The translations under genes and the position numbers were made by a program. Below, piece by piece: positions 16,912 through 25,171 of a DNA stretch of 40,000 bases; positions within the stretch are counted from its first letter, which is position 1; every line of letters begins with the position of its first letter. The DNA is from Terriglobia bacterium. Its GTDB lineage: Bacteria > Acidobacteriota > Terriglobia > Terriglobales > Acidobacteriaceae. Where the stretch lies: positions 29,748-69,747 of the forward strand of contig JAIQEU010000008.1 of NCBI GenBank assembly GCA_020073665.1. Reading direction: 5' to 3'. The notes beneath the pieces are model-generated. The model was given only the letters and a program-made list of their open reading frames with translations. It had not been told where the DNA came from and did no database searches.

Positions 16912-17550
16912 TTACGGAATGTTTAAGAACTTGTGCGTCTGAAGACTAAGCCTCCAGCGCGGGTGCTCTAGGCAGTAACTCAATGCCAACCTTGTGTTGA
17001 CTTCTCGTCTAGCGCCGTCCATCGGCTGTAGAAAGAAATGTTGAAAATCCAGTTGCTCGTACAATTCCGGGCTCGCGTCGTCTTGAGGAAAAACAAGTTT
17101 CAATTCATGTCCGGAGCAAAGTTTCAGCTCCGTCCGCGCTTTAGGGCTGACGCATATCCAATCAATATCGGGACTTGCGACCTGTGTCCCATTGGTTTCG
17201 ATAGCAATCTCGAAACCCACTCGATGGAGAGCATCGATCAGAGGCTGATCCAATTGCAGAAGGGGTTCTCCGCCAGTGCACACGACAAATGGCTTGGAAA
17301 ATCCTCGGCGTTCCGGCCATGCCTTAGCGACTGCGGTGGCTAAGGCGTCCGGAGTGTCGAAACGACCACCCCCCGCTCCATCAGTTCCAACAAAATCCGT
17401 ATCGCAGAACTGGCAAACAGCTCTGACACGATCTTCTTCGCGGCCGGACCAAAGGTTGCAGCCCGAGAATCTGCAAAAGACAGCTGGCCGCCCGGTTTGT
17501 GCGCCCTCACCTTGCAGCGTGTAGAAGATCTCTTTTACCGTGTAGCTCAT
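16912..17550 (-). CDS. queE: 7-carboxy-7-deazaguanine synthase (radical SAM)
   Basis: 212 aa. [24 protein letters not shown]-x14-CQFCDTDF gives a Cx14Cx2C cluster motif, as in the Burkholderia-type QueE. Confidence 0.9.
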   Translation of the reverse strand: MSYTVKEIFYTLQGEGAQTGRPAVFCRFSGCNLWSGREEDRVRAVCQFCDTDFVGTDGAGGGRFDTPDALATAVAKAWPERRGFSKPFVVCTGGEPLLQLDQPLIDALHRVGFEIAIETNGTQVASPDIDWICVSPKARTELKLCSGHELKLVFPQDDASPELYEQLDFQHFFLQPMDGARREVNTRLALSYCLEHPRWRLSLQTHKFLNIP

Positions 17551-18266
17551 GCTGATACCTGGGCAAGACGATACCGGGTTGGATCAACAACCCCAGCTTC
17601 AAGAAAACCCTTTCTCCGTAACTGGCACGAGTCGCACAATCCGCATGCTTCTCCAAGTCCTGAAGGATCGTAGCAACTACTCGTGAGCGAATAGTCGATT
17701 CCCAGTTCAATCCCCTTCCGAATGATGTCAGCTTTCGAGAGATTAATCAGCGGTGCGTGGATCGTGACCCTTGTTGTCCCTTCTACTCCAGTTCTGGTCG
17801 CGAGATTGGCCAGTGTCTGGAACGCTTGGATAAACTCGGGCCGACAATCAGGATAGCCACTGTAATCAAGGGCATTGACTCCGATGAAGATATCGCCGCA
17901 TTGCAGAACCTCTGCCCACGCTAGGGCAAAAGAAAGAAAGATGGTGTTCCGCGCCGGCACATATGTGATCGGTATTCCTTCGGACATCTCCTCCAGTCGA
18001 CGCCCTTTGGGAACATCTATGTCGCTGGTCAGAGCTGACCCCCCAAAGGATCGCAAATCAATGTCGATGATCGTGTGTGCTTCAACTCCGAGCTTTACAG
18101 CGATTCTTCGGGCGGCCTCGATCTCAATCTCGTGTCTTTGCCCGTATCGAAAACTGAGTGCGTAGGGTCTGAAACACAACTCCTTAGCAACGGCTAACGT
18201 CGTCGTGGAATCTAGACCCCCGCTGAGCAGTACCACTGCGCGCCGATTTTGCATAACTCTCCTCAC
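17547..18266 (-). CDS. queC: 7-cyano-7-deazaguanine (preQ0) synthase
   Basis: 239 aa. [15 protein letters not shown]-loop. C-terminal Cys cluster [14 protein letters not shown] overlap with queE. Confidence 0.9.
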   Translation of the reverse strand: MRRVMQNRRAVVLLSGGLDSTTTLAVAKELCFRPYALSFRYGQRHEIEIEAARRIAVKLGVEAHTIIDIDLRSFGGSALTSDIDVPKGRRLEEMSEGIPITYVPARNTIFLSFALAWAEVLQCGDIFIGVNALDYSGYPDCRPEFIQAFQTLANLATRTGVEGTTRVTIHAPLINLSKADIIRKGIELGIDYSLTSSCYDPSGLGEACGLCDSCQLRRKGFLEAGVVDPTRYRLAQVSA

Positions 18267-18508
18267 CCGACTCCGTTAAAGAGCTTCATTTGATCCCGGT
18301 CGGGTCCCTGAATTGGCTCCAATCGGTTTGCGAATGCACGGACTGCCTCAAATTCTGCAGCTGTAAAGACAGTCATCTTTCGGAACCGATGACCAAGTGG
18401 GATGTCCCCAGTCTTTCTCCATCGCCAGAGCGTCGTGCGCGACACCGAGAGCGATTCCTCGATTTCGCCTACCGTGAAGTATTGCGTTCCTTCAATTAGG
18501 ACTGGCAT
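18263..18508 (-). CDS. Small MerR/excisionase-type (AlpA/HTH_17-like) DNA-binding protein, first gene of the que operon
   Basis: 81 aa. [27 protein letters not shown] is a typical excisionase-family HTH. Its stop overlaps the queC start by 4 nt. Confidence 0.7.
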   Translation of the reverse strand: MPVLIEGTQYFTVGEIEESLSVSRTTLWRWRKTGDIPLGHRFRKMTVFTAAEFEAVRAFANRLEPIQGPDRDQMKLFNGVG

Positions 18509-18584
18509 GCGATCTAGGCTTCAAGTATACGTCACAATCTGTTGCGATGCGTTCCAAGTGTTCCATTATGTTACATTGCGTTGC

Positions 18585-18612
18585 ATTATAGCCCAAGCAA
18601 GTGCAGATTCAA
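18585..18612 (-). promoter_or_regulatory. Candidate sigma70-type promoter for the HTH-queC-queE-queD-folE2 (and downstream) operon
   Basis: The minus strand reads TTGAAT (18612..18607), a 16-nt spacer, then TATAAT (18590..18585). It lies about 75 nt upstream of the ATG at 18508, inside a visibly AT-rich 360-bp intergenic region. Confidence 0.35.
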
Positions 18613-18867
18613 GGGAAAAATTCAGGTCGTTAGTCTTGGGTTTTATGCCTTATTTTCAATTACTTAATGATGGATGGCGTTCCACGGGCGGGTGCTCAAA
18701 CGACATCGGTCTCTCGGGCCACCCCTGCTGCACCGATTTCAAGCACTAGGGTAGACCTGGAATCCGTGGCTAAGAAACATCAGTTAAACAAACGCTCGCG
18801 CCGTAAAATCGTCTGCCAACAAATCAGTCACTTGCGATGGCTAAACGAGCCGGTGCGACTAGGGGTT

Positions 18868-19446
18868 TTACGTACGCTGTTGGAGTGTCTTATGCACAGT
18901 CGAGGCAGACACGCCCAGCTGCGCTGAAATTGTGCGTATGGATGCTCCCGAAGCCCGGAGGCGAGCAATCCTGCTGCAATCCAGTGCTAGCGGCGGGCGG
19001 CCCAAGATCTTTCCCTTGATCTTCGCATTCCGCAGCCCAGCCCGAACACGCTCTTGAATCAACGAGCGTTCAAACTCCGCCATCGCACCAATGATCTGGA
19101 ACATCAGCCTGCCAGACGGCGTAGATAGGTCAAGATTGTCACGGAGGCTGACAAAAGCAATGCCATAGCTATCAAGGTCTGCGAGGGAGTTGACGAGGTG
19201 CTTGAGCGAGCGCCCGAAGCGGTCAACCTTCCAGCACAGCACGACGTCGAAATGCCGCCTGTGGGCATCGGCCATAAGGCGATTCAATTCGGGCCGAGAC
19301 TCTTTGGCTCCCGACACCCCGTTATCAACGTACTCCGCGAACACCTCCCATCCGCGCCGGGAAGCGTACTCCCGCAAATCTGATAACTGCATTTCCGGGC
19401 TTTGCCCGTTTGTTGTGCTGACTCGGGCATAAATCGCAACTCGCAT
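18868..19446 (-). CDS. Serine recombinase (resolvase/invertase family) with C-terminal HTH
   Basis: MRVAIYARVSTTNGQSPEMQ (catalytic Ser region), VVLCWKVDRFGRS and AEFERSLIQERVRAGL. C-terminal GASIRTISAQLGVSASTVHKTL HTH. The track start (19467) is TTG. ATG 19446 is preceded by GGAGGAG, so I use it. Confidence 0.9.
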   Translation of the reverse strand: MRVAIYARVSTTNGQSPEMQLSDLREYASRRGWEVFAEYVDNGVSGAKESRPELNRLMADAHRRHFDVVLCWKVDRFGRSLKHLVNSLADLDSYGIAFVSLRDNLDLSTPSGRLMFQIIGAMAEFERSLIQERVRAGLRNAKIKGKILGRPPLALDCSRIARLRASGASIRTISAQLGVSASTVHKTLQQRT

Positions 19447-19586
19447 CGATCTCCTCCTCGACGGCAAGTGACAGCTGTGCCGCTTTGCTCTTTGACTCTA
19501 CCGAGACGCGAATCCGTGGAGCTACAGGTCCAGGAAGCGATACGCCCCTAACCGACTAGCAAAACAGAACCGTAACTTGACCAAGA

Positions 19587-19862
19587 ATGCCGCTAGCAAG
19601 AAAAGTCGCCCTTCGGGTCAACGGTAGGCACGTGAACAAGGCGACGGTCCGCCGTAAAGAAAAGGAACTAGAGATGGTCATCGCGGACCCGCTTATAGGT
19701 GAGTTCGTGATTGACGAAAGTTTCACACTTGAACTACTGGAGCTTCTTCACCCGCACGAAATCCGAAGCAGACTGCCAAACGGCGGCTGGAGGAAAGTCT
19801 CGCTGCGAATATTGATTGCGCTGTTAAGGAGCGGAGTGGTTCGCGTAGCGCAGGAGACCTAA
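19587..19862 (+). CDS. Small hypothetical protein (copy A of a duplicated ~46-aa module); may start at ATG 19674
   Basis: 91-aa ORF. Its C-terminal 46 aa (FTLELLELLHPHEIRSRLPNGGWRKVSLRILIALLRSGVVRVAQET) recur at 20954-21094 with mostly synonymous differences, which argues that it is coding. Confidence 0.45.
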   Translation: MPLARKVALRVNGRHVNKATVRRKEKELEMVIADPLIGEFVIDESFTLELLELLHPHEIRSRLPNGGWRKVSLRILIALLRSGVVRVAQET

Positions 19863-20164
19863 TCGTGATAGCTGACGACCAGCCGTGCGCCCCGCGTCAC
19901 ACCTCCAGGTCTCAATTTCCGGATGGCGCGTAATCCGTCCGCAAAGCCTGGAAAGACCTACGAGACATTTGTAGTCGAACGATTTCTCAATAGGTTGCTT
20001 GAGCAGGTGGGCCTGGCATTTGAATTGTGCAACGCCGCCGGCATCCATTTGCCATTTTGCCTAATGTAAACGTGGGTGAAATGGAGTGTCCCGCTGAAGC
20101 TTGCGTTTGGATCGGGTACCCGCGTGCTGCCGGCCGGCGACCCGTGCTAACATCGTTGGCCGCC

Positions 20165-20905
20165 ATGGTTACCGTTGCTTCCGCCCGTGCACTCGTCTCC
20201 CCCGCGGCGCGCGACCGCAAGTTCTACACCGGCATCGCAATCGTGATGCTGTTCACCGCTCTGGTTGGCTTCTCGCGGACATACTTCCTCGGCCTGATCT
20301 CCGGGCACGCGACGACCATCACCGGCCGCGTTCCGAACGCGACCGTGCACCTGCACGCACTGCTGTTCATGTCGTGGCTGGTGCTGTTCATCGTGCAGAC
20401 GAGCTTGATCGCGACGCACCGCGTGAAAGTGCATCGCAAGCTCGGCTACTTCGGGGTGGCTCTGGCGGCGGCAATGATCGTGGTCGGCGGCCGCACCGCG
20501 GTCGAAGCGGCGCGGCTCGGCGCGGTCCCTCCGGGCGCCAAGCCGTGGAACTTCATCGCCATCCCCTTCGGCGACATCACGAGCTTCGCCATCTTCTTCC
20601 TCTGCGCCGTCCTCTGGCGCAACGACAAGGACAAGCACAAGCGCCTGATGATCCTCGCCTCCACCTGCCTGATGGCCGCGGCGCTGGTGCGCTGGCCCGG
20701 CGTCCTGGCCCTTGGAGCACTGGTCTCCTACGGCCTCATGCTAGTGTTCCCCATCGCCGGCGCGGTGTACGACCGGTGGTCACGCGGGCGCGTCCACCCG
20801 GTGTACTGGTGGGGGCTGGCGCTGCTCGTGCTGGGCGTCGCCGCGCGCGTCGCTCTGCTCGGCAGCCCGACTTGGGCGCACGCCACGCAGTCGCTGTTCG
20901 GCTAG
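20165..20905 (+). CDS. Polytopic membrane protein, unknown function
   Basis: The ORF 20027..20905 has a GTG track start. ATG 20165 (MVTVASARALV...) precedes about 6 hydrophobic segments (IAIVMLFTALVGF, LLFMSWLVLFIVQ, GVALAAAMIVVGG, FAIFFLCAVLW, ILASTCLMAAALV, LALLVLGVAARVAL). It is visibly more GC-rich than its flanks. Confidence 0.6.
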   Translation: MVTVASARALVSPAARDRKFYTGIAIVMLFTALVGFSRTYFLGLISGHATTITGRVPNATVHLHALLFMSWLVLFIVQTSLIATHRVKVHRKLGYFGVALAAAMIVVGGRTAVEAARLGAVPPGAKPWNFIAIPFGDITSFAIFFLCAVLWRNDKDKHKRLMILASTCLMAAALVRWPGVLALGALVSYGLMLVFPIAGAVYDRWSRGRVHPVYWWGLALLVLGVAARVALLGSPTWAHATQSLFG

Positions 20906-21094
20906 CCTGCACCTTCCTGCTACCTAGGTGATCCCATATCTGTCACCGATCATTTCACTTTGGAACTCTTGGAACTTCTGCATCCGGATGAAGTGCGACA
21001 AAGGCTGCCAAACGGCGGCTGGAGGAAGGTTCCGCTGCGGATACTGATTGCGCTGCTACGGAGCGGCACGGTCCACGTTGCGGAGGAGAGCTAA
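20906..21094 (+). other. Copy B of the small-ORF module; no ATG/GTG start, in frame directly behind the TAG of the membrane-protein gene
   Basis: Positions 20954-21094 translate to FTLELLELLHPDEVRQRLPNGGWRKVPLRILIALLRSGTVHVAEES*. By hand count this is 110/141 nt and 38/46 aa identical to copy A. There is no stop between TAG 20903-20905 and this segment. The only in-frame alternative start is TTG 20960. Confidence 0.35.
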
Positions 21095-21159
21095 TGTCGA
21101 TGGGCCATGACGACGGTTTCGCTCCCGTTGTAGACCTCATTTAACTTCCGGCTTGCCCG

Positions 21160-21831
21160 TTACACTTGTGCGGATGTCTCGTCCGGCTGTCGCAAACGAT
21201 CGATCCAATATGCCCAACCGAACACGATCGGGAAGAGAATGAGATCGACCGTCACAAGAACGTGGACGCTTGGTGGTGGCTCGCCGTTGAAGCTGAGTAA
21301 CCAAAGCGCAGTGAACACCACAATGAATGTCCAGAGTACGAGATGACCAGCGAAACCGCGCGTGTGCGTCGCGCGCAGATACAGAATGATCCCGATCACC
21401 CAAAGTCCGCCTTCGACGATCAGTAATCCGAGTGGGGAGTTGTAGAGGCCGAGACCGTAATAACGATGAAAGCCGGGTGCCAGAGGCATATCCGGCCTGT
21501 GGCTGGCCCAATCGAGGACCCAATGGCTCAGTACAGCTGCGAACAGGACCCAGGCGCCGCGCCCGTAGCGACGAGTTAGCCAATAAGCAGCGGCGAGGAG
21601 CGCGCCCCAAACAACGTCCATCACCAGGCTGTGGCTCCAGGCAAAGTCATAGAGGTTCAGCGCGTTCACGCGGGTAATGCCGGGTCGAATGCTGATGTGC
21701 TCAATGCCGACGGCGACGAAGACGAAGACCAACAGATCGGCCAACAGGGCAGCGAACATAAGGGTGCCGACGGAAGTTTTTGGCGCCCAGCGTTTAGCTC
21801 CGAAACCGATCGCGAAGTGTCCGACGAACAT
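21160..21831 (-). CDS. Membrane protein, possibly membrane-bound metal-dependent hydrolase (YdjM/DUF457-like)
   Basis: MFVGHFAIGFGAKRW... with several TM segments and SHWVLDWASHRPD His-rich motifs. I take the start at ATG 21831 rather than the 21888 track start. Confidence 0.5.
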   Translation of the reverse strand: MFVGHFAIGFGAKRWAPKTSVGTLMFAALLADLLVFVFVAVGIEHISIRPGITRVNALNLYDFAWSHSLVMDVVWGALLAAAYWLTRRYGRGAWVLFAAVLSHWVLDWASHRPDMPLAPGFHRYYGLGLYNSPLGLLIVEGGLWVIGIILYLRATHTRGFAGHLVLWTFIVVFTALWLLSFNGEPPPSVHVLVTVDLILFPIVFGWAYWIDRLRQPDETSAQV

Positions 21832-22028
21832 GCGCTTTCTCTGATCGCGCCATGGTAAGACAAAACAACTTGTCCGTATAGTCGGCAAGCAAGAAACTGA
21901 GAATGCGTCCGATGACCTCCGTATTGGCGGTCACCCAGCAAAGGAATATCGCTACGGTTCACGGCCCCCATCTTCCCAAGGCCGACTATACTGCGAGGTA
22001 TCCCGTGACAACAGAGGACGATCCGAAC

Positions 22029-22598
22029 ATGAATACCATTGCAAAAGGAGACGTATCGGGACAGACCAAAGTAAAACCTATTCAAACAGTCGCCTTGATT
22101 GCACTTTCGATCATCACTGTGTGGACGCTCTACATGGTTCCGTCGTGGCAGGCGCTTGGAGATCCGTTTCTCCTTGCCGCTGTCGCCACGGCGGTTACCG
22201 TCGCTTGCCTTTGGCTGACGCGTTGGCGGGGATCGCGGGCGGTAAAGTTTGAGCGAGCATGGCTTGCCGCTTTTCTTGTGGGCATGCCTCTCGTCTATGC
22301 GATGGGCTGGTTCGCGGCACGAGACCACGCAGCGAGTTCGTGGATATGGGTGGAACTTCTGGGTTTGGCGCTTTTTGCTGCTTTCGCTGCACTCGGTTTA
22401 AAGAACTCGCCCTGGTTCCTTGCTATAGGAATCGCAGGCCATGGATTGGCTTGGGATTCTTGGCACTATAAGAACTCGGCTTATGTCCCGGATTGGTACG
22501 CAGTTGCCTGCCTGCTCGTGGACTTGGCGCTCGGTGCCTATGTGGCCGCGCGTATCCCCGCCTACAGAGAGGCGCGGCGCATAGCGAAAAAGAACTAA
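22029..22598 (+). CDS. Membrane protein, unknown function
   Basis: From ATG 22029 (MNTIAKGD...) there are 5-6 hydrophobic helices (IALSIITVWTLYMV, LLAAVATAVTVACLW, AAFLVGMPLVYAMGW, LLGLALFAAFAALGL, FLAIGIAGHGLAW, VACLLVDLALGAYVAA). Confidence 0.55.
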   Translation: MNTIAKGDVSGQTKVKPIQTVALIALSIITVWTLYMVPSWQALGDPFLLAAVATAVTVACLWLTRWRGSRAVKFERAWLAAFLVGMPLVYAMGWFAARDHAASSWIWVELLGLALFAAFAALGLKNSPWFLAIGIAGHGLAWDSWHYKNSAYVPDWYAVACLLVDLALGAYVAARIPAYREARRIAKKN

Positions 22599-23323
22599 GA
22601 CGCAGCTGAGGGGGCGTCGCATTCCCAACGCCTATTCTGCTGACTAAAGACGATATCCTTGCGGGCAATCCTCTCTACGCGCCTATCCCACAGCATAACC
22701 AGAGCCTCTTTGTCATCAGCCTGCTCGACCACCGCAATTCCACGCCCCAACAATGCCACCCGGTCACCCTTCTTTGGCTTTCGTTCTTCTTGCTGTCGCA
22801 GGTAGTGCTCTCCCCGCAAGCTGATGATGTAATCCAATCCCTCAGTGTCATAGCCCTGGCCGTGCTGCCAAAGTCGCATGCTTTCCCTGTTGTGAAGCAC
22901 GAAGATGTCGATGCCGAACGCAATCAACGCGAGCAGGCGGGCGTTCAACTCTGCCAAGCTGAAGGGTAAGAGGGAAAGCGGCAAACTTAGACTTTTCGGG
23001 TATGCGAATTGGGAACGCCACCCAAGTTTATGCTCTACGACCATACCCCAAAGATAGACTTCGCCGCAGATGCCGCCATCCGCGTAGCCTATTTGCCGCA
23101 GGTGCTCACTATTCTTCGCCGCATAAATGCCGCATGTGCATTTCCGATGCGGGACTTCGTTGTCAGCCTCCACCATATGGCGAGCAGCGGGTGCGACGCG
23201 GCACCGCGCCTCAAGATGCTGCCCCGGAAGCCACGGCTCGCCGTTGAGTGATTGCAGACCCGTTTCTTTCCAGCGCCAAACCCGGTAGGCAACAACTGGC
23301 GAGATGTAATCGGGAATCTTCAT
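22595..23323 (-). CDS. Hypothetical protein (phage/island-associated)
   Basis: 242-aa ORF. CTCGIYAAK...GEVYLWGMVVEHKLGWRSQFAYP resembles a motif I have seen in mobile-element hypotheticals (memory only). ATGA coupling to the upstream 43-aa ORF. Confidence 0.65.
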   Translation of the reverse strand: MKIPDYISPVVAYRVWRWKETGLQSLNGEPWLPGQHLEARCRVAPAARHMVEADNEVPHRKCTCGIYAAKNSEHLRQIGYADGGICGEVYLWGMVVEHKLGWRSQFAYPKSLSLPLSLLPFSLAELNARLLALIAFGIDIFVLHNRESMRLWQHGQGYDTEGLDYIISLRGEHYLRQQEERKPKKGDRVALLGRGIAVVEQADDKEALVMLWDRRVERIARKDIVFSQQNRRWECDAPSAAS

Positions 23324-23451
23324 TGAGCGACGGGAACGTGCTCCGGCCCAGGCTGTCGCGCTACAACGGGTTCCGGCTCACGCGCTGGCTGCTTCACCGG
23401 AACCTCAAGCGGTTCGACGATCACGGTCCGTAGCGGCTCACCAATCTGCAT
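23320..23451 (-). CDS. Small hypothetical protein (43 aa)
   Basis: Below the ORF-track size cutoff. My translation is MQIGEPLRTVIVEPLEVPVKQPAREPEPVVARQPGPEHVPVAQ*. Its stop overlaps the ATG of the next gene (ATGA). Confidence 0.4.
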   Translation of the reverse strand: MQIGEPLRTVIVEPLEVPVKQPAREPEPVVARQPGPEHVPVAQ

Positions 23452-23692
23452 GTGTGCTCCCCTAGCTCCTCGCCTCAATTCGTCGGTAGGTTGCAGGTAT
23501 GAGAAACGTCGCGGTCCTTCCTCCGGTCAAGAACGAATTGCACAGTGCCCTGCTGAATCTCACTGAGTTCAGAAAGTTCGCCACTCACGAGCTAATTGCG
23601 ATGGCGCGTGCCCTACCAGGCGGCACAAAGGTCCACATCCCAGATCGCCTCACGGCGATTGCGCTGCTGCTGGGGACTCGTGCCGCTGGCGA

Positions 23693-23881
23693 CTAGGGGA
23701 GAATCTTCCCCCGGATGACATTCGTCGTACGAACTTGCCCCTGATTGTCGCGGACGCTGATCGTCTGAAAGACTGGATGGCCGCGATCGTACATCGTGTT
23801 GGTGGTGATGACTTCTCCTGCACTTGTCTGCGCGGTATTGATCTCTCCAATGAGTTCTCCCCAGTTGTTGCGAATCTGCAT
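23693..23881 (-). CDS. Small hypothetical protein (62 aa)
   Basis: The ATG at 23881 directly abuts the stop of the upstream 108-aa ORF (23882). The composition is non-repetitive and protein-like. Confidence 0.45.
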   Translation of the reverse strand: MQIRNNWGELIGEINTAQTSAGEVITTNTMYDRGHPVFQTISVRDNQGQVRTTNVIRGKILP

Positions 23882-24208
23882 TCAAACCTCCGTGATCATG
23901 TGCTCTTGGAAAAGTTGATGGATCTCCCGGAATCGTTCCCGGAAGTATGATTCTTCGTGCGCAGGGTAGCCGTGCGTCTTCTTGAAATGAGCCAAGGCTC
24001 TTTCAGTTAGCTCTGCCCACTTGCCTCCGTCGACCAATCGTGCACATTGTGCACAAGCAGCCCACGCGCCGATGGATTCGTGCGAGAACATAGCGTGCTT
24101 CAGCCACATGAAATTTCGGCAAGCGTAGAGCCGATGGGTCGGTTCGGCTGTACAGAAGTCGCAGCACTCCCGACCCGGGAACGGCTCAATTGCGATTATT
24201 CCCGGCAC
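23882..24208 (-). CDS. Cys-rich hypothetical protein (108 aa)
   Basis: ECCDFC...YAC...ACAQCARL suggests a zinc-binding module. It is tightly packed with its neighbours. Confidence 0.6.
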   Translation of the reverse strand: MPGIIAIEPFPGRECCDFCTAEPTHRLYACRNFMWLKHAMFSHESIGAWAACAQCARLVDGGKWAELTERALAHFKKTHGYPAHEESYFRERFREIHQLFQEHMITEV

Positions 24209-24211
24209 TCG

Positions 24212-24523
24212 TCACTTCCGCATTGCGGAACCTAGCGCAGCCTGGAACTTTTCGGCTGGTATGCCCGCCGCTGCCCTCTGCGCCCACGTCATTTTTGGCC
24301 CGCGTTCTCCGTACACCCGAACGAATTGCTCTGCGGTCGGCCTGCCAGCAAGCTGAAAGAGTCGGATACCTTCAGAGCGATTCACGCCAGCAGATTTATG
24401 CGCTACGCTTGCTTTACTGGCGGCACCCGCTTTTCGGCTAGCTGCCTTACGCATTCCCCTTGTCGTTTGCCGAGTGCGCTTGATTTCGGATTTCTTCCTG
24501 GTCACTCGATCTTTCTTTTTCAT
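24212..24523 (-). CDS. Hypothetical protein with highly basic N-terminus (103 aa)
   Basis: MKKKDRVTRKKSEIKRTRQTTRGMRKAASRKAG... is a Lys/Arg-rich tail, followed by a globular C-terminus. Confidence 0.55.
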   Translation of the reverse strand: MKKKDRVTRKKSEIKRTRQTTRGMRKAASRKAGAASKASVAHKSAGVNRSEGIRLFQLAGRPTAEQFVRVYGERGPKMTWAQRAAAGIPAEKFQAALGSAMRK

Positions 24524-24639
24524 TGGGCCTCCCTGCGTGTACTAAGTAGTACACATGCGCTCGGTTAAGATACCTGGGAGCGGGACGAAGGTAAAGTTGA
24601 GAATTTTGCACGTAAGGGAGAGCTAGAGAAGAGAAGCCA

Positions 24640-25128
24640 ATGATGAAGAACTCAAAGCATTCCGACCCAGCGGAGCATAGCGCATTAATGCGGCTGTTTT
24701 ACCGCAACTGGCGCCCCACGCGTCTTGGCCGCTGGGTGAATCGTTTGATGTGCTGGTGGTCCGCCCTCGGGCTGCCACCCAGGCTGTGCTCGAAGTTTAT
24801 GGCCGCACATCCGGCCGCAGACGCTCGAACCCCGTGGTGATCGCCACCGTAGAGGGCAAACGTTACCTCGTATCGATGCTCGGTCCGGACTCTGATTGGG
24901 TGAAGAATGTCGAAGCCGCGCATGGCGATGCCGTTATCCGTCAGGGACGCCGACTCCGAGTTCACCTCGTGGCAGTCCTGCCCGGAGCAGAGGGCACCCA
25001 TCCTCCGAGAGTACGTGCGAATCGCGCCCAGCGGCCGACAGCACTTCCCGCTCCCCGTCGGCGCACCACTGTCCAACTTCGAGCAAATCGCCGGGAGCTA
25101 TCCTGTGTATCGGATCGATCCCTCGTGA
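24640..25128 (+). pseudogene. Nitroreductase / deazaflavin-dependent oxidoreductase-like (DUF385-type) gene broken by two frameshifts
   Basis: The sense runs in frame 1 (MMKNSK...RLFYRNWRPTRLGRWVNRLMCWWSALGLPP). It moves to frame 3 near 24780 (AVLEVYGRTSGRRRSNPVVIATVEGKRYLVSMLGPDSDWVKNVEAAHGDAVIRQGRR). It returns to frame 1 near 24980 (PEQRAPILREYVRIAPSGRQHFPLPVGAPLSNFEQIAGSYPVYRIDPS*). The family assignment is from memory of the GR.SG...P..W..N pattern. Confidence 0.5.
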
Positions 25129-25171
25129 AGGCAACTCATTGCTGCGTCTGGCCCGCCTTCAATCTGTGCCC

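Noticed and set aside
15689-18266. The que/folE2 genes read as ordinary tRNA queuosine biosynthesis
   Set aside because: There is no queF, tgt, queA or queG. The operon is fused to DNA-TGT, nuclease and helicase genes on an accessory island, so a DNA 7-deazaguanine pathway fits better.
1-18508. Type IV CBASS (QueC-like Cap9 / TGT-like Cap10 / OGG) as the explanation for QueC plus TGT
   Set aside because: No CD-NTase/cyclase-like or OGG-like ORF is recognisable. A full preQ0 pathway (FolE2, QueD, QueE) is present, which CBASS type IV does not require.
18509-18867. preQ1 riboswitch upstream of the que operon
   Set aside because: I could not find the short conserved stem-loop with an A-rich tail and pseudoknot by eye. 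A covariance-model scan is needed for certainty.
20101-20931. 276-aa Arg/Pro-rich plus-strand ORF, plus minus-strand ORFs 20147..20638, 20224..20439 and 20446..20664
   Set aside because: These are alternative-frame artefacts of a very GC-rich membrane-protein gene. Their composition (poly-R/P/G) is not protein-like.
21137-22328. 157-aa and 220-aa minus-strand ORFs overlapping the two membrane-protein genes
   Set aside because: They are Arg/Ser-rich shadow frames. The hydrophobic-helix frames are far more plausible.
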